Shown here: one piece after another, positions 29,501 through 38,089 of the stretch
Numbering within the stretch: position 1 is the stretch's first letter
How the letters are laid out: the number at the start of each line of letters is the position of its first letter
Source of the DNA: a virus
Direction: 5' to 3' (one strand)
IMG/VR virus record: IMGVR_UViG_3300043100_000006
Location: 38,180-102,179 of that record
DNA: 64,000 bases
Made by a program: the position numbers and the translations under genes
Notes under the pieces: generated by a model
What the model was told of the DNA's origin: nothing
Seen by the model: only the letters and a program-made list of their open reading frames with translations
The model's database searches: none

Positions 29501-32393
29501 ATATGCAACGAGCATCAGTTCACCAACCGGCCAACTCTATACCGCCGCCAGTACCTTCTATCCAGGCAGCGGCGCAATTCCGGTCAACACTTGCGCTCAG
29601 GGGGTGGACAACACCGCATTCCCAGCAGCTTTCCAAGCGCCATTCGTCACCGCATGGAAGGCCGCAGTCGTCGCAGCCCTGAACCACATGAAGGCCGCAA
29701 GTTACGCTTCAAAGATCGCATATGTTCGAGTCGGGTGCAGCACGGGAGGGCAGTCGAATCCGGTGTCAGTGGCGGCTCTTGAAACGATCTGTTCGCCGGC
29801 AACGTTCGCCGGATTGCAGACTGCATGGCTTGCTTATGTGAATGCGGTCGAGGTGGCCATCGTAGGAACCGCGAGCGGGTTTTTGTTTGACCAGGCAATA
29901 TCGGGTGGCATGTTCTCTGGAGTCAACGCAATTCCTTATTCGTTCGCGGATGCGATGGCGGCTCAGGCCGTGGCAAATGGGTTTGGGGTCGGCGGCCAAG
30001 GTTTACAAAATTACGACATTACAGCCTTCGGAACCTACGGAACCATATCTGGAGGGTCGGCCACAAGTGGCTATCCATCGGCCGATTTCTGTTATGTGTG
30101 GGCCACGTATCCCGGCAGTTTGCATGAGTCTCAAACAGTCGCTGCAAGCAATCCAGCTTTTGTGGGAACACCATCGCAGGGGGTTATGGGGTCGTTGGTT
30201 CCACTGGTTCCCTTTGCGGTCGCGCGCGGGACGAATCGCATGGAACTGTACTATGCGGACTGGCAGGTAGCGTTCGACTCATCCAGTCCCTACTATTCAA
30301 GTTACAGTGCGGCCTATCAGGCTACTTTCGCAGCAGCGCGAGCAGGGAGCACCGGCAGCGGCACGCCTTACCCGCAAAACTATCTGGACAACACGAATAC
30401 GCTGATCGTGAACATGCAACAGTCTGGAGCTACGTTGCAAAGCGTAACGGCTGCGGATCGCGATGCGCTGGTAACGCTGTCCGCGATTGTTTCGCCAGGT
30501 CAAGCCTTTACTCAACAAAACACGGCGACTGTGGGGCAGAGCGTAGGTACGTCGGCGTCCGGGGCCAGCGTCGGTTCGGCTGGGCCTAACGTAGCTCTCA
30601 CTGCCCAAGATGTCGATTACTCCAGTCCTCGGGCTATCTGGAGCAACGTTAATGGAGTCCTCGGCAGTTCCAGTTACGCGAGCGTCGTGCTCAATTGTCC
30701 GGGGCCGTATGCCGTAAACTCAGACCTATTGGTGGCATTAACGAACTTCGATGTGCCTTCGCCCGGCATCGGCCCCATTGTTGGGGTCGCTGTGTCCTTT
30801 AAGGCGTACTACACGCAGAGCAGTGGCCCAACCTCCACTCCGGGACTCGCTGTGGCAATCGCCGAGGGGGAGAATTATTTCCTCGCAGGAACACAGGTCC
30901 AATCACTTACGACAACTCCAACGACATACACGCTTGGAGGGGCTTCAGATTTGTGGGACTTTCCTGCTGGCAATCTGTACGCTATCGACGGAATCCTTAA
31001 CGGACTGGGCTTCACGTTGGAAGGAATCAATAACGTCGTCGGCTCCGATGTGACTGTTTACGTCCAGGACGTTCTAGTCACGATTTATTGGAATGCAGCT
31101 GGCGCGGCAATTCAATGGAGCAGTCCATCCTGTATCACCGGGACCAGTTGCGATGCTTCGGTGAGTTTCACATCCTCGGACGTATCGCAATGGCTCGCTG
31201 CAACAAATTTCGGATTCAGTCTTCCCTTCGGATTTGTCCTCGACGGAATCGTGGTTACAGTGACCGGCAAAATGAACTCAGCGCCTGGGACTATAACCGC
31301 TCAACTCATGTATCAGGGCTTGCGTATCGGCAGCGCAAAAAGCTTGGTGCTTGGAACGGGCGGGGGCTTTGGGTTGGCATATACATTCGGCACGGCTACC
31401 GACATATGGTCGGCGGAGCAAACTCTTGATCTCGACGCGCTTAATGACCCGAGTTTCGGCGTCGCATTTCAGTGCTCCGGGGATTTTGGCGACGATGCTT
31501 TCTTGCAGAACGCTCAGATCACCCTGAACGGAACCAGCACAACGAACCTAGAACTGATTTCCTACGAGACAGCCACTCTGATTGGATTGAACACCTATGC
31601 ACTGACCAGCATGAGGCGCGGAGTGGACGGCTCCTATCCATGCGACCATCCGCCAGGTTCGGTCTTTGTCCGGCTTGACCAAGCGACATTGACCTATACC
31701 ATCCCTTCGAACTTTATCGGCGAGTCGCTGTTTTTCAAATTCCTCAGCTTCAATGCATACGGAAATCAACTTCAATCGCTTGCAAATGTGCAGGCCTACG
31801 AGGTGGAGATTGGAAGTTTGTCTCCGGGGGCAATTGACGCAGCGACCGGCGCTCTGTTGACAGGCACGCCGAACTGGGACGTGTCGCTGATTGAGTCGGC
31901 GATTTCCGCGCTGTACGGCTCGTACGGTATCGACAACATTCCGCCAGGGTATGCACTCATGGGCAATCCACTACTAGGAGTGAGCGGCATACCTCAATGG
32001 GTTCCACTCGCTGGCGGCCCGAATCAGGGTGCTGCTCCTGGCGTCAATGATATGTACATCTACATCCCGCCGATCGCGGGAACCTATGGACCGGCTCAAG
32101 AACTTTACTTCTCTCAGCCAGTCCGTAATGTCATCTTCCCAAGTGGAATGACCAGTTCCAATTCTGGGTGCCGCGTTGCGCCCACTGGAAACATAGTAGT
32201 CTCGCTCAATAAGAACGGGATTCAGTTTGGAACAGTCAACATCGCCGCCGGCGCGACAACCGCAACGTTCACCGTATCCTCAAGCGTCATGTTCAATGGC
32301 CTCACGGACACATTCAGCATCACCGCGCCTGTGACTGTGGACAAAACATTCGCTGGTTTCTGGCTAGATATCTACGCCACGCGCAATAATTAG
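26562..32393 (+). CDS. Giant tail-tip/host-specificity protein with inserted modules
   Basis: 1943 aa; G.P.PI..G..R, LPQLNFEI, DANPAD, PGDVV, RRG..G....H..G..FVRLD, FFKFLSFN.YG motifs. Confidence 0.85.
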   Translation: MSLFQNNDNRPQTRYNELRTSEAVLGTPLPILIGQQRISWKLLWYGAFTSAQAKQQGGSGGGKGVTSYVYSASVAGALCMGPCVNFLGVWDGVGKFGIESQSLAATLPSSGSIIFTPPNGTQYKQDLGVALLVPYSHTANDYGSPGAIALTGTQQGPLVYTPSPTPGPGEYTVVGTPSIGPFQITSIDAAVGGNTTYNGVVTGGAANAFAGYVFVMETASTLYPQNVGQFTCVASTATSVTLNNPNGVAAASVVFQAAVLAGAPVYVFNAAQAGAQIVVNIAYLRYLIQANENDIAAGTVIVEYQAQYNFDSGVTYYPSGVALTPVAGTPTVTGTYNPNGGGPLGTSNSPSGGVYLFAPGDWGQAVTIDYAYNDPNIDDNTTNYQNLTFFGGSLGQAPWSYLTSSFPSDALGYSEVCYMASIALYLGFSNLLPQLNFEILGPYSFGGGVPDANPADAIFGLLTNPSYKYNFPAANIDTSLLGIYAVTGAVSSGTFTSGEVVKQTTTGATANLIGTVTGSNPMQTTLIVGTANGTSTWVGQTSGAIYTPTDSPTSSSARAQWSTNDFFISDILDSQTSLMDTISRWCEAGQVYISWDEGLLKFIPLCDTTTVGNGIIYSPPTQPVIDLDDSDFVPEEKDKDPITIAQTPWQNRWNRVNVRWSVRTNDYNEDILQVQDEASVQQYGLMSESAQDYQFICTEDAAQYAAAMRLQRLSAIYTTYNFTLKSNFAFVSPGDVVTVTDGLLGTSGTMFGRTPVRLTKVTDDPTKGIVCEAENFPWSVGAAVLNNVQAQNPSNTNDGPQEYPGNTIPAIFEVPNQAAQWNGGTIYIFANGSNVNWGGFELYVSFNGVDYTYYGKYSTPGRIGVTANDFPGGSGSAPENTAKLYVFQPPAGGSSSLATIYANADGAVVAIPWSADNVSPTLGGWETSSGSASAGYNFTDFDAVINTQIGYGATSVVVLLEPVSFEPANGYTPNYVFTTGYATSISSPTGQLYTAASTFYPGSGAIPVNTCAQGVDNTAFPAAFQAPFVTAWKAAVVAALNHMKAASYASKIAYVRVGCSTGGQSNPVSVAALETICSPATFAGLQTAWLAYVNAVEVAIVGTASGFLFDQAISGGMFSGVNAIPYSFADAMAAQAVANGFGVGGQGLQNYDITAFGTYGTISGGSATSGYPSADFCYVWATYPGSLHESQTVAASNPAFVGTPSQGVMGSLVPLVPFAVARGTNRMELYYADWQVAFDSSSPYYSSYSAAYQATFAAARAGSTGSGTPYPQNYLDNTNTLIVNMQQSGATLQSVTAADRDALVTLSAIVSPGQAFTQQNTATVGQSVGTSASGASVGSAGPNVALTAQDVDYSSPRAIWSNVNGVLGSSSYASVVLNCPGPYAVNSDLLVALTNFDVPSPGIGPIVGVAVSFKAYYTQSSGPTSTPGLAVAIAEGENYFLAGTQVQSLTTTPTTYTLGGASDLWDFPAGNLYAIDGILNGLGFTLEGINNVVGSDVTVYVQDVLVTIYWNAAGAAIQWSSPSCITGTSCDASVSFTSSDVSQWLAATNFGFSLPFGFVLDGIVVTVTGKMNSAPGTITAQLMYQGLRIGSAKSLVLGTGGGFGLAYTFGTATDIWSAEQTLDLDALNDPSFGVAFQCSGDFGDDAFLQNAQITLNGTSTTNLELISYETATLIGLNTYALTSMRRGVDGSYPCDHPPGSVFVRLDQATLTYTIPSNFIGESLFFKFLSFNAYGNQLQSLANVQAYEVEIGSLSPGAIDAATGALLTGTPNWDVSLIESAISALYGSYGIDNIPPGYALMGNPLLGVSGIPQWVPLAGGPNQGAAPGVNDMYIYIPPIAGTYGPAQELYFSQPVRNVIFPSGMTSSNSGCRVAPTGNIVVSLNKNGIQFGTVNIAAGATTATFTVSSSVMFNGLTDTFSITAPVTVDKTFAGFWLDIYATRNN

Positions 32394-32416
32394 TCGCTAA
32401 AACGCGAAAGGAAATT

Positions 32417-33709
32417 ATGGCACTCCAGTTCCTGATGTCGGGTGGAAACTTTATCGCAACCGTTGGCGTGAACGGAGCGGCGGGAGTTTGGGCCTCCGGT
32501 TCTGGTGGGTGGGTGATCGTCCAAGCTACGCCGGGAGGAAGTATTGTCGGTGACAGCTATTGGCACCAATCGGCGTCGCCTAGCAGTCCAGTTTTAATTA
32601 CTCCTGCTCTCGGCGCCGGTGGCTGGTCGGGACTCATCGCGGGGTGCAGGATGAACGTAGCAGCCTTGTCGAACAACCAGGCTTTGATTCGATTCCTCGA
32701 TGCTGCAAATAACGCGCAATGCGATGTTCGGATGAATGCCGCTGGACAATTATTTTTCACCAGAAATGGAATCGTCATCAGTTCAAACAGTTCATTTGCA
32801 CTGACAGCAGTCAGTGATTTTTATATAGAGTTCAAGGCGATTTTCTCTACTACGTCTGGAGGAACTTGCGAAGTTCGGATCAATGGCATAGCAGTCCTAA
32901 CCGTCACCGGAGTAACTAATGCGGTGAACGTAAACGGCGGAACGGTTGCTGTGTTCTGTTCGGTTAATCCCAGTGGCTGCTACCTTCGTGATTTCTATGT
33001 ACTCGATACAACTTCTGGATCGAACGTAGGCTATCTCGGCGATCTTGCCGTCGTGGAGTTATTCGGCGATGGTCCGGGAGTCAATAGTGCTTGGACTCCG
33101 AACGTCGGACCATTCTCGATTACCTCAGTCGCGAATGCTTCTGGAGGAAACACTGTCTACACTGGCGCGATCACGGGCGGAGCCAGCAATACGTATCTCG
33201 GATATAACTTTCTTCCAAGCGGCTTCGCGCACTCCCAAAACAATACTGGAGGATCGAATCCAGCCTTCTTCGAGTGTGTCGCTTCGACGGCGACGACGAT
33301 CACACTTAACAATCCTTCAGGTGTGAGCGATACGACAGGAAGCATTGCCTTTCAGTGTATCGTACAAGCTGGCATCAATCAGACAGGCACAAGACCGAAC
33401 GCCGACGTGACATACATCTCAGATGCCACCACCGGCGACATCTCCGACTTTGTACACACGCCGCTCGTGTTAACTGGAATCGTTTTTGGAGTAGTTCATC
33501 AGTCCTACTTACGCAAAGACGATCTCGGCACGCGGCAAGTTGCGCAAGTCTGTCTATCGGGAGGCTCCACTGAGCAGGGCGCAACTATATCGGTCGGTAA
33601 TTCTTATCAGTATTATCAAGATGTTTTAGAGGTTGATCCCAATACTTCAACTCAATTCAGCATTTCCGGCTTAAACGCGGCTTCGTTCGGCATAAAGGAG
33701 ATCACGTAG
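32417..33709 (+). CDS. Minor tail/fibre protein
   Basis: Lectin-like beta protein after tail tip; shares a module with the tail tip. Confidence 0.65.
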   Translation: MALQFLMSGGNFIATVGVNGAAGVWASGSGGWVIVQATPGGSIVGDSYWHQSASPSSPVLITPALGAGGWSGLIAGCRMNVAALSNNQALIRFLDAANNAQCDVRMNAAGQLFFTRNGIVISSNSSFALTAVSDFYIEFKAIFSTTSGGTCEVRINGIAVLTVTGVTNAVNVNGGTVAVFCSVNPSGCYLRDFYVLDTTSGSNVGYLGDLAVVELFGDGPGVNSAWTPNVGPFSITSVANASGGNTVYTGAITGGASNTYLGYNFLPSGFAHSQNNTGGSNPAFFECVASTATTITLNNPSGVSDTTGSIAFQCIVQAGINQTGTRPNADVTYISDATTGDISDFVHTPLVLTGIVFGVVHQSYLRKDDLGTRQVAQVCLSGGSTEQGATISVGNSYQYYQDVLEVDPNTSTQFSISGLNAASFGIKEIT

Positions 33710-33710
33710 C

Positions 33711-33953
33711 ATGGCAGCACGTAACGACCAAGACCTACCGATTGCAGCAACCCTGCCATCCTCATCGAAGGCGCGCGATGCGCAGGACATGGCCCTGGCT
33801 GGAACCCTGCCATCGTCGTCAAAGGCGCGCGATGCGCAGGAAGGTATTATTGTTGCCGCATTGCCATCCATTGCGCGCTCACGGAACGGCCAGCAAGTGA
33901 TCTTGGTTGCGCTCGGCAAGTCTCGCTTCCCTGTAACTTTTGTGGTTACATAA
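33711..33953 (+). CDS. Small protein of 18-aa tandem repeats
   Basis: R(N/D)xQ.....TLPSSSKA repeated about four times (54-bp unit). Confidence 0.7.
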   Translation: MAARNDQDLPIAATLPSSSKARDAQDMALAGTLPSSSKARDAQEGIIVAALPSIARSRNGQQVILVALGKSRFPVTFVVT

Positions 33954-33957
33954 ACCG

Positions 33958-33970
33958 TCCACCCGGCGGA
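33958..33970. repeat. Dispersed palindrome copy 4 (one mismatch)
   Basis: TCCACCCGGCGGA-CAGATTT. Confidence 0.8.
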
Positions 33971-34003
33971 CAGATTTCGCCCCGAAAACAGGTGTCCTTA
34001 AGC

Positions 34004-34162
34004 TTATTGGCCTATGCTGCTGCCTACCTGGCTGAATACGTTGTTGGCGTTGTTTCCTATGAGCCGGATTGTGCCTATCACGATCACGAGAATCACGGCC
34101 AGCATTACGGCATACTCCGCGATATCTTGAGCTGCCTCATCCTTCCAAAACATTCTGAACAC
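34004..34162 (-). CDS. flp: Flp/Fap (type IVc) pilin homologue, 52 aa
   Basis: Hand translation MFRMFWKDEAAQDIAEYAVMLAVILVIVIGTIRLIGNNANNVFSQVGSSIGQ; AGGAGG 7 nt upstream of GTG; not in ORF track. Confidence 0.85.
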   Translation of the reverse strand: MFRMFWKDEAAQDIAEYAVMLAVILVIVIGTIRLIGNNANNVFSQVGSSIGQ

Positions 34163-34565
34163 GATAGAACCTCCTGTAGGCCAATTTTAGTTTTCGAACG
34201 CTGAACATGATGATGCCGATAAAAAGAAGAATGTCCCCGACGCTGTAGAACCATAACCTCGCATTGTCGGCCAGTATGAGCCAATGACTCCCGGCACCGG
34301 ATGCGCTCCAAATGCCAGCGGCTGGGACTATCGAGGACGGCATTCCGATGACTGGCATGATTCCGCCATTGCCCACCGTCACGACCGCGTTACTTAGAAC
34401 GCCAGAGAAAAGAAAGATGGCTTCCGGCTCCGACATCTTCCGGCTACGCAATGCGATTTCCAAGACTGAGAAGATTGAAAGCCAGTAGCCAGCACAGGTA
34501 AAGACGCCGGGGGCTGACCGCCACACAAACCAGAAAATGGCTACGACAATAAATCTCAACTTCAC
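34137..34565 (-). CDS. DUF5317-like membrane protein
   Basis: N..V...NGG.MPV ... L.D ... SVGD motifs, several TM segments. Confidence 0.65.
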   Translation of the reverse strand: MKLRFIVVAIFWFVWRSAPGVFTCAGYWLSIFSVLEIALRSRKMSEPEAIFLFSGVLSNAVVTVGNGGIMPVIGMPSSIVPAAGIWSASGAGSHWLILADNARLWFYSVGDILLFIGIIMFSVRKLKLAYRRFYRVQNVLEG

Positions 34566-34572
34566 GGCTCAT

Positions 34573-34602
34573 ACATTACTAGTGAATCCGGCAGTCTGTC
34601 AA
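34573..34602 (-). promoter_or_regulatory. sigma70-type leaderless promoter with GATTCACTAGTA operator
   Basis: TTGACA-18-TAATGT-7-GTG; operator at 34577-34588. Confidence 0.65.
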
Positions 34603-34614
34603 GCCCCGAATTCC

Positions 34615-34627
34615 TCCACCGGGTGGA
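34615..34627. repeat. Dispersed palindrome copy 5
   Basis: CCGAATTCC-TCCACCGGGTGGA-AGGATTCGG. Confidence 0.9.
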
Positions 34628-34794
34628 AGGATTCGGACGGGCAAGAAAAAGCATTGCATCCAAAGGGCGATGGGATAGAATGGGGATGCCTCCCCAGTCC
34701 TGCCGCACGGCACGGTTCGGCACGGTTCCGTCTTTCGTAAATTTTACTGTTGCTGTGTTGAAAATCTCAAGTTATAGTAAAAACTTGGAGAACC

Positions 34795-35133
34795 GTGATT
34801 GAACAACCTCTGGCACTGGCGGTTGATATCGGCGGCGATCTACTTTCCCAGGTTCGGGGAGCAGCCATTCAACTTATCGTACTGGCTGTGGTGGGGATAT
34901 TTAGCACTGTTAGTGCCGTCTTTTGCTGGCTTGTGCGGCGTGATCTCAGTCGTGCGGCTCAGGAAGAAGCAAAGCGCGGCCTTGCACACGCGGCACTCGC
35001 AGAGCGATTCGAGGATCATGTCAGGCGATCTGGAAATGAAACAAAAGATATTGAGTACCGTTTGGGCATTCTGGCAACGCAGTGTCAGCGCGTTATTCCA
35101 GAGGTCACCATCCCAGAGTGGCCAAGCCGTTAA
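34795..35133 (+). CDS. Single-TM membrane protein (lysis module)
   Basis: GGAG SD; TM followed by coiled coil. Confidence 0.55.
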   Translation: MIEQPLALAVDIGGDLLSQVRGAAIQLIVLAVVGIFSTVSAVFCWLVRRDLSRAAQEEAKRGLAHAALAERFEDHVRRSGNETKDIEYRLGILATQCQRVIPEVTIPEWPSR

Positions 35134-35164
35134 GCCGTGGAGTTGGTGGAGGGAGCGGCGGAAT

Positions 35165-35602
35165 ATGCGGGAGCAATTAAAACTCCACAAACAATTCCTT
35201 CGAGACAAGGAGGAATTGGAGCGCCATATCAACAAGAAAGGCATAGCCCTGATCCGGTCTTTATTCCTTGCCCTGGCTTGCACGATGGCAGTGTTTGCGT
35301 TCTCCTACCAGCCGAAATATGAAGTCGTGACCGAGCACAACGTCGCAATCCTAGAACAGTTGAACGATGGAGATTTCGCTTACAAAAGCGACGAAAAGCC
35401 GGAGGGTGACATCTACCGACCGTGCGAGATTGATAGGAAGCACGGTATTGACGTAACAGGAATGCTGCGGCAGGCAATCGGATACGTGGCCGACAAAGCT
35501 ACTTGGCAGGAGCGCGGGACATGCAAGAGTATTCTCAGGCCGGAGTGGCAATTCTGGTTCCGGGATGCGAATAACAGTTTCACTTATGTGAGGGTAAAAT
35601 AA
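35165..35602 (+). CDS. Membrane-anchored hypothetical protein
   Basis: One TM followed by soluble domain. Confidence 0.55.
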   Translation: MREQLKLHKQFLRDKEELERHINKKGIALIRSLFLALACTMAVFAFSYQPKYEVVTEHNVAILEQLNDGDFAYKSDEKPEGDIYRPCEIDRKHGIDVTGMLRQAIGYVADKATWQERGTCKSILRPEWQFWFRDANNSFTYVRVK

Positions 35603-35827
35603 TGGCTGGACCACCGAACAAATGGGTTAAGCAGCAAATTTCAGCAATATCCGATCCCAGCGCACCGACCAGCGATTGGGTACTCACTCAGTTGACCGGC
35701 AACCTACCTATCAACGCTGCCCTTTCTTCGGTGTGCAGCGACGGCACATTCGCTTTCGTCGGGGTCTATAGCACCTAAAGTCAGCGCACGGCAAGGCACG
35801 GCATGATCAGCCCTCGGAGGGTAGGCT

Positions 35828-36259
35828 ATGTCGCCCCTTGAGCTTCAGATTGTCACCATTGTATTTGGAGCCATGCTGACTGCGATCCTTGCGATCTGCG
35901 GCTATGTGCTCGTGACCATTACCAAGCATGGCGAACGCATAGGTATAGTGGAAACTCAGGTCAGTCCGCTGTGGGCGCGCGTGCAGGCGCAAATCTCTGC
36001 CGATCTCCATCATCCGGACGACAGGCACTCCGAAATGGATCGGCTTTTGGAAAAACTGGACCACCTGCAAATTACGCTTGCAGAGCGCGCAGTCTTGAGG
36101 AATCTGCTCAGGGAACGAATGCATGATCCAAGCGTTAGTCTCACGGAGCAGAAATCGGCAGCAATGATGATTACCGTAATGGAACGAGTATTGATCGAAG
36201 CACACGACGCGGAAGTTGGAGCTAGCGCCGATGATGCGCCCGATACCGAACAAGGCTGA
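35828..36259 (+). CDS. N-terminal TM protein (holin/antiholin-like)
   Basis: GGAGG SD; TM plus coiled coil; upstream of endolysin. Confidence 0.55.
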   Translation: MSPLELQIVTIVFGAMLTAILAICGYVLVTITKHGERIGIVETQVSPLWARVQAQISADLHHPDDRHSEMDRLLEKLDHLQITLAERAVLRNLLRERMHDPSVSLTEQKSAAMMITVMERVLIEAHDAEVGASADDAPDTEQG

Positions 36260-36391
36260 AATCGAATCCAAAATTGAGCAGTTAGAGCAACTACTGGAGT
36301 TTAATCCCACAGGGCTGCCGGCCGCGGCGATTGCGACCGAACTCATGCGACTGGAGAAACAGTTGAAAGAACTGGAGAAAGAGGAAAGTGA

Positions 36392-36829
36392 ATGAACTAC
36401 GACGGCGACGACTTGGAATCGATGCGGCTGTGTATCTGGCGCGAGGCCAGGGGTGAGAAGGAAGAGGGTATGCAGGCGGTCGCCAGTGTCATTGTAAACC
36501 GCGCCAGCCAATGGTTTCCAACGGACCAGGCCCCGCTGCATCGCGTCATCTTCCAAAAGAACCAATTTTCGTCGATGAGCATTCCTTCCGATCCAGAGTT
36601 CCATTTGCAGCCAGCGCCGGACGATCCGCAGTACGCGTTCGCTCTTTCGATCTGTGAACCCACGATTAACGGAACGAACCCCGACCCGACCCACGGAGCC
36701 CTCTATTACGCCTATCTGAGCGAGGTCACGTCTGGATGGTTCTCTCGCAACATCTCAGGGCCGGATGGCAAGGGAACGCCAGCGCATCCACTGTTGGCAG
36801 TAATCGGCAAACAAAACTTCTACCGATAG
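36392..36829 (+). CDS. Endolysin, SleB/Hydrolase_2 cell-wall hydrolase
   Basis: EARGE...AVA.VI.NR...QFS...DPT.GALYY...IG...FY. Confidence 0.9.
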   Translation: MNYDGDDLESMRLCIWREARGEKEEGMQAVASVIVNRASQWFPTDQAPLHRVIFQKNQFSSMSIPSDPEFHLQPAPDDPQYAFALSICEPTINGTNPDPTHGALYYAYLSEVTSGWFSRNISGPDGKGTPAHPLLAVIGKQNFYR

Positions 36830-36837
36830 GGGGACCG

Positions 36838-37317
36838 ATGCAATTTGAAAGGCTCGACCTGTACGTCGGCGCGGCAGTGCTGATTGCTGTGCTTCTGATC
36901 GCGCTGGCATGGAAGATCGTTAACCAATCCGCATGGAGCCTGCCAAGCGTCCAGGACATTCAAGAACTTGCCACGATGTGCAACACGAAGGGCGGCATCG
37001 TTTTGCTTCTGGTTACAATGTGGGCGTTCACTTTAACGATCATCTTAATATTCAGCATCTGGGTGATCATCAAAGGGATTGATCCGCAGAACGCAATCGT
37101 GGTTCTCGTGTTGGGGATGATGACCAGCGGCGCATTCGGAACGATCAACGGCGCCCTTTTCCGCACAATGACAGGGGAAGATCCGAAGGCACCGGCTGGC
37201 GTCTCCACGGAAACGACTTCGACAAAGAGCACGGCGACCACGGAGGTAGCGGCACCCACGGTCCAGCCAGCGGCTCCTGCCGCTTCGCAGACTGGCACAG
37301 CCAAGTCTTTCCTCTGA
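36838..37317 (+). CDS. Holin-like three-TM protein
   Basis: Three hydrophobic segments directly after endolysin. Confidence 0.55.
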   Translation: MQFERLDLYVGAAVLIAVLLIALAWKIVNQSAWSLPSVQDIQELATMCNTKGGIVLLLVTMWAFTLTIILIFSIWVIIKGIDPQNAIVVLVLGMMTSGAFGTINGALFRTMTGEDPKAPAGVSTETTSTKSTATTEVAAPTVQPAAPAASQTGTAKSFL

Positions 37318-37374
37318 GCACAATTGAGCATCTAAGATGTGTTCGGTCAGACACAATGAATCTAGGAGGCTTAT

Positions 37375-37581
37375 ATGCCAATGCTCTATCTGCTCGGTAT
37401 TCTGGTTTGTGCGATTGCGGTTGGATGCTTTGCGGTGTGGGCTATCCGCAAGTTTGTTCCCGCTGAAATGCAGAAGTGGGTATTCCTTCTGGTGGGACTG
37501 GTCGCGCTTGTTTTCTTCTGCTACTTCGTGATGACCCTGGTGGGTAGCGGGGGTTCGTTCGCGCCTCTTAGGATTCGCTAA
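37375..37581 (+). CDS. Small two-TM membrane protein
   Basis: AGGAGG SD; two TM segments. Confidence 0.65.
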   Translation: MPMLYLLGILVCAIAVGCFAVWAIRKFVPAEMQKWVFLLVGLVALVFFCYFVMTLVGSGGSFAPLRIR

Positions 37582-37601
37582 TCAGGTTTTCTCTCTCCAT
37601 C

Positions 37602-37631
37602 CGGCCTGCCCTTCGCGGCGGGCCGCTTTTT
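37602..37631 (+). terminator. Rho-independent terminator ending late operon
   Basis: CGGCCTGCC/GGCGGGCCG stem followed by T run. Confidence 0.75.
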
Positions 37632-37670
37632 CTCTTGCGCCAAAGTTCCTTTGCGCGTATCTTTTCCCGC

Positions 37671-37877
37671 ATGGCATTCGGAACGAAACAGGTCGCTGGC
37701 AACTTCGAGGTCGTAGACTATGAGGATGATTGTGTGACGGTGCGCCATCTCGCCACGGAGGTAGAATACACGTTCACGATTGCGGACGGAGCCGCGGACA
37801 AGTTTCTCGAAGTGCTACCGCTCGGGACTTTCTTCGCGGGAGCGCTGGAGATTGAGGATGACGTTCATTATTGCTGA
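37671..37877 (+). CDS. Hypothetical protein (leaderless)
   Basis: TTGCGC-17-TATCTT-7-ATG. Confidence 0.6.
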   Translation: MAFGTKQVAGNFEVVDYEDDCVTVRHLATEVEYTFTIADGAADKFLEVLPLGTFFAGALEIEDDVHYC

Positions 37878-38089
37878 TAGGCAGGAGCGGCGCGTGTTGC
37901 CGAACGGCGTTCTGTTGATCACGGACTTTGAGCGTGGCATTGCGCTGATCTGCGATCCTGAGGCTGGCAGGATTTGCCGGTGTTGCGGGAAGGTAAGTTC
38001 GTTCTGGGATGTGACCATAGGGTATGAGGTGGTGGGGACGGAGCAGATGCAGCAACCGCCGTTCAAGATGAGGCTGGGGTTTAACTAAG

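Noticed and set aside
26562-33709. Diversity-generating retroelement or invertible tail-fibre system
   Set aside because: No reverse transcriptase or invertase; repeated modules are diverged at all bases, not only adenines
33992-34204. Plus-strand 70-aa ORF
   Set aside because: Shadow of the minus-strand Flp pilin, which has an SD and a family motif
34704-35805. GCACG pentamer runs (34704, 35785; also GAACG at 18571)
   Set aside because: Short, irregular and low complexity; no supportable function
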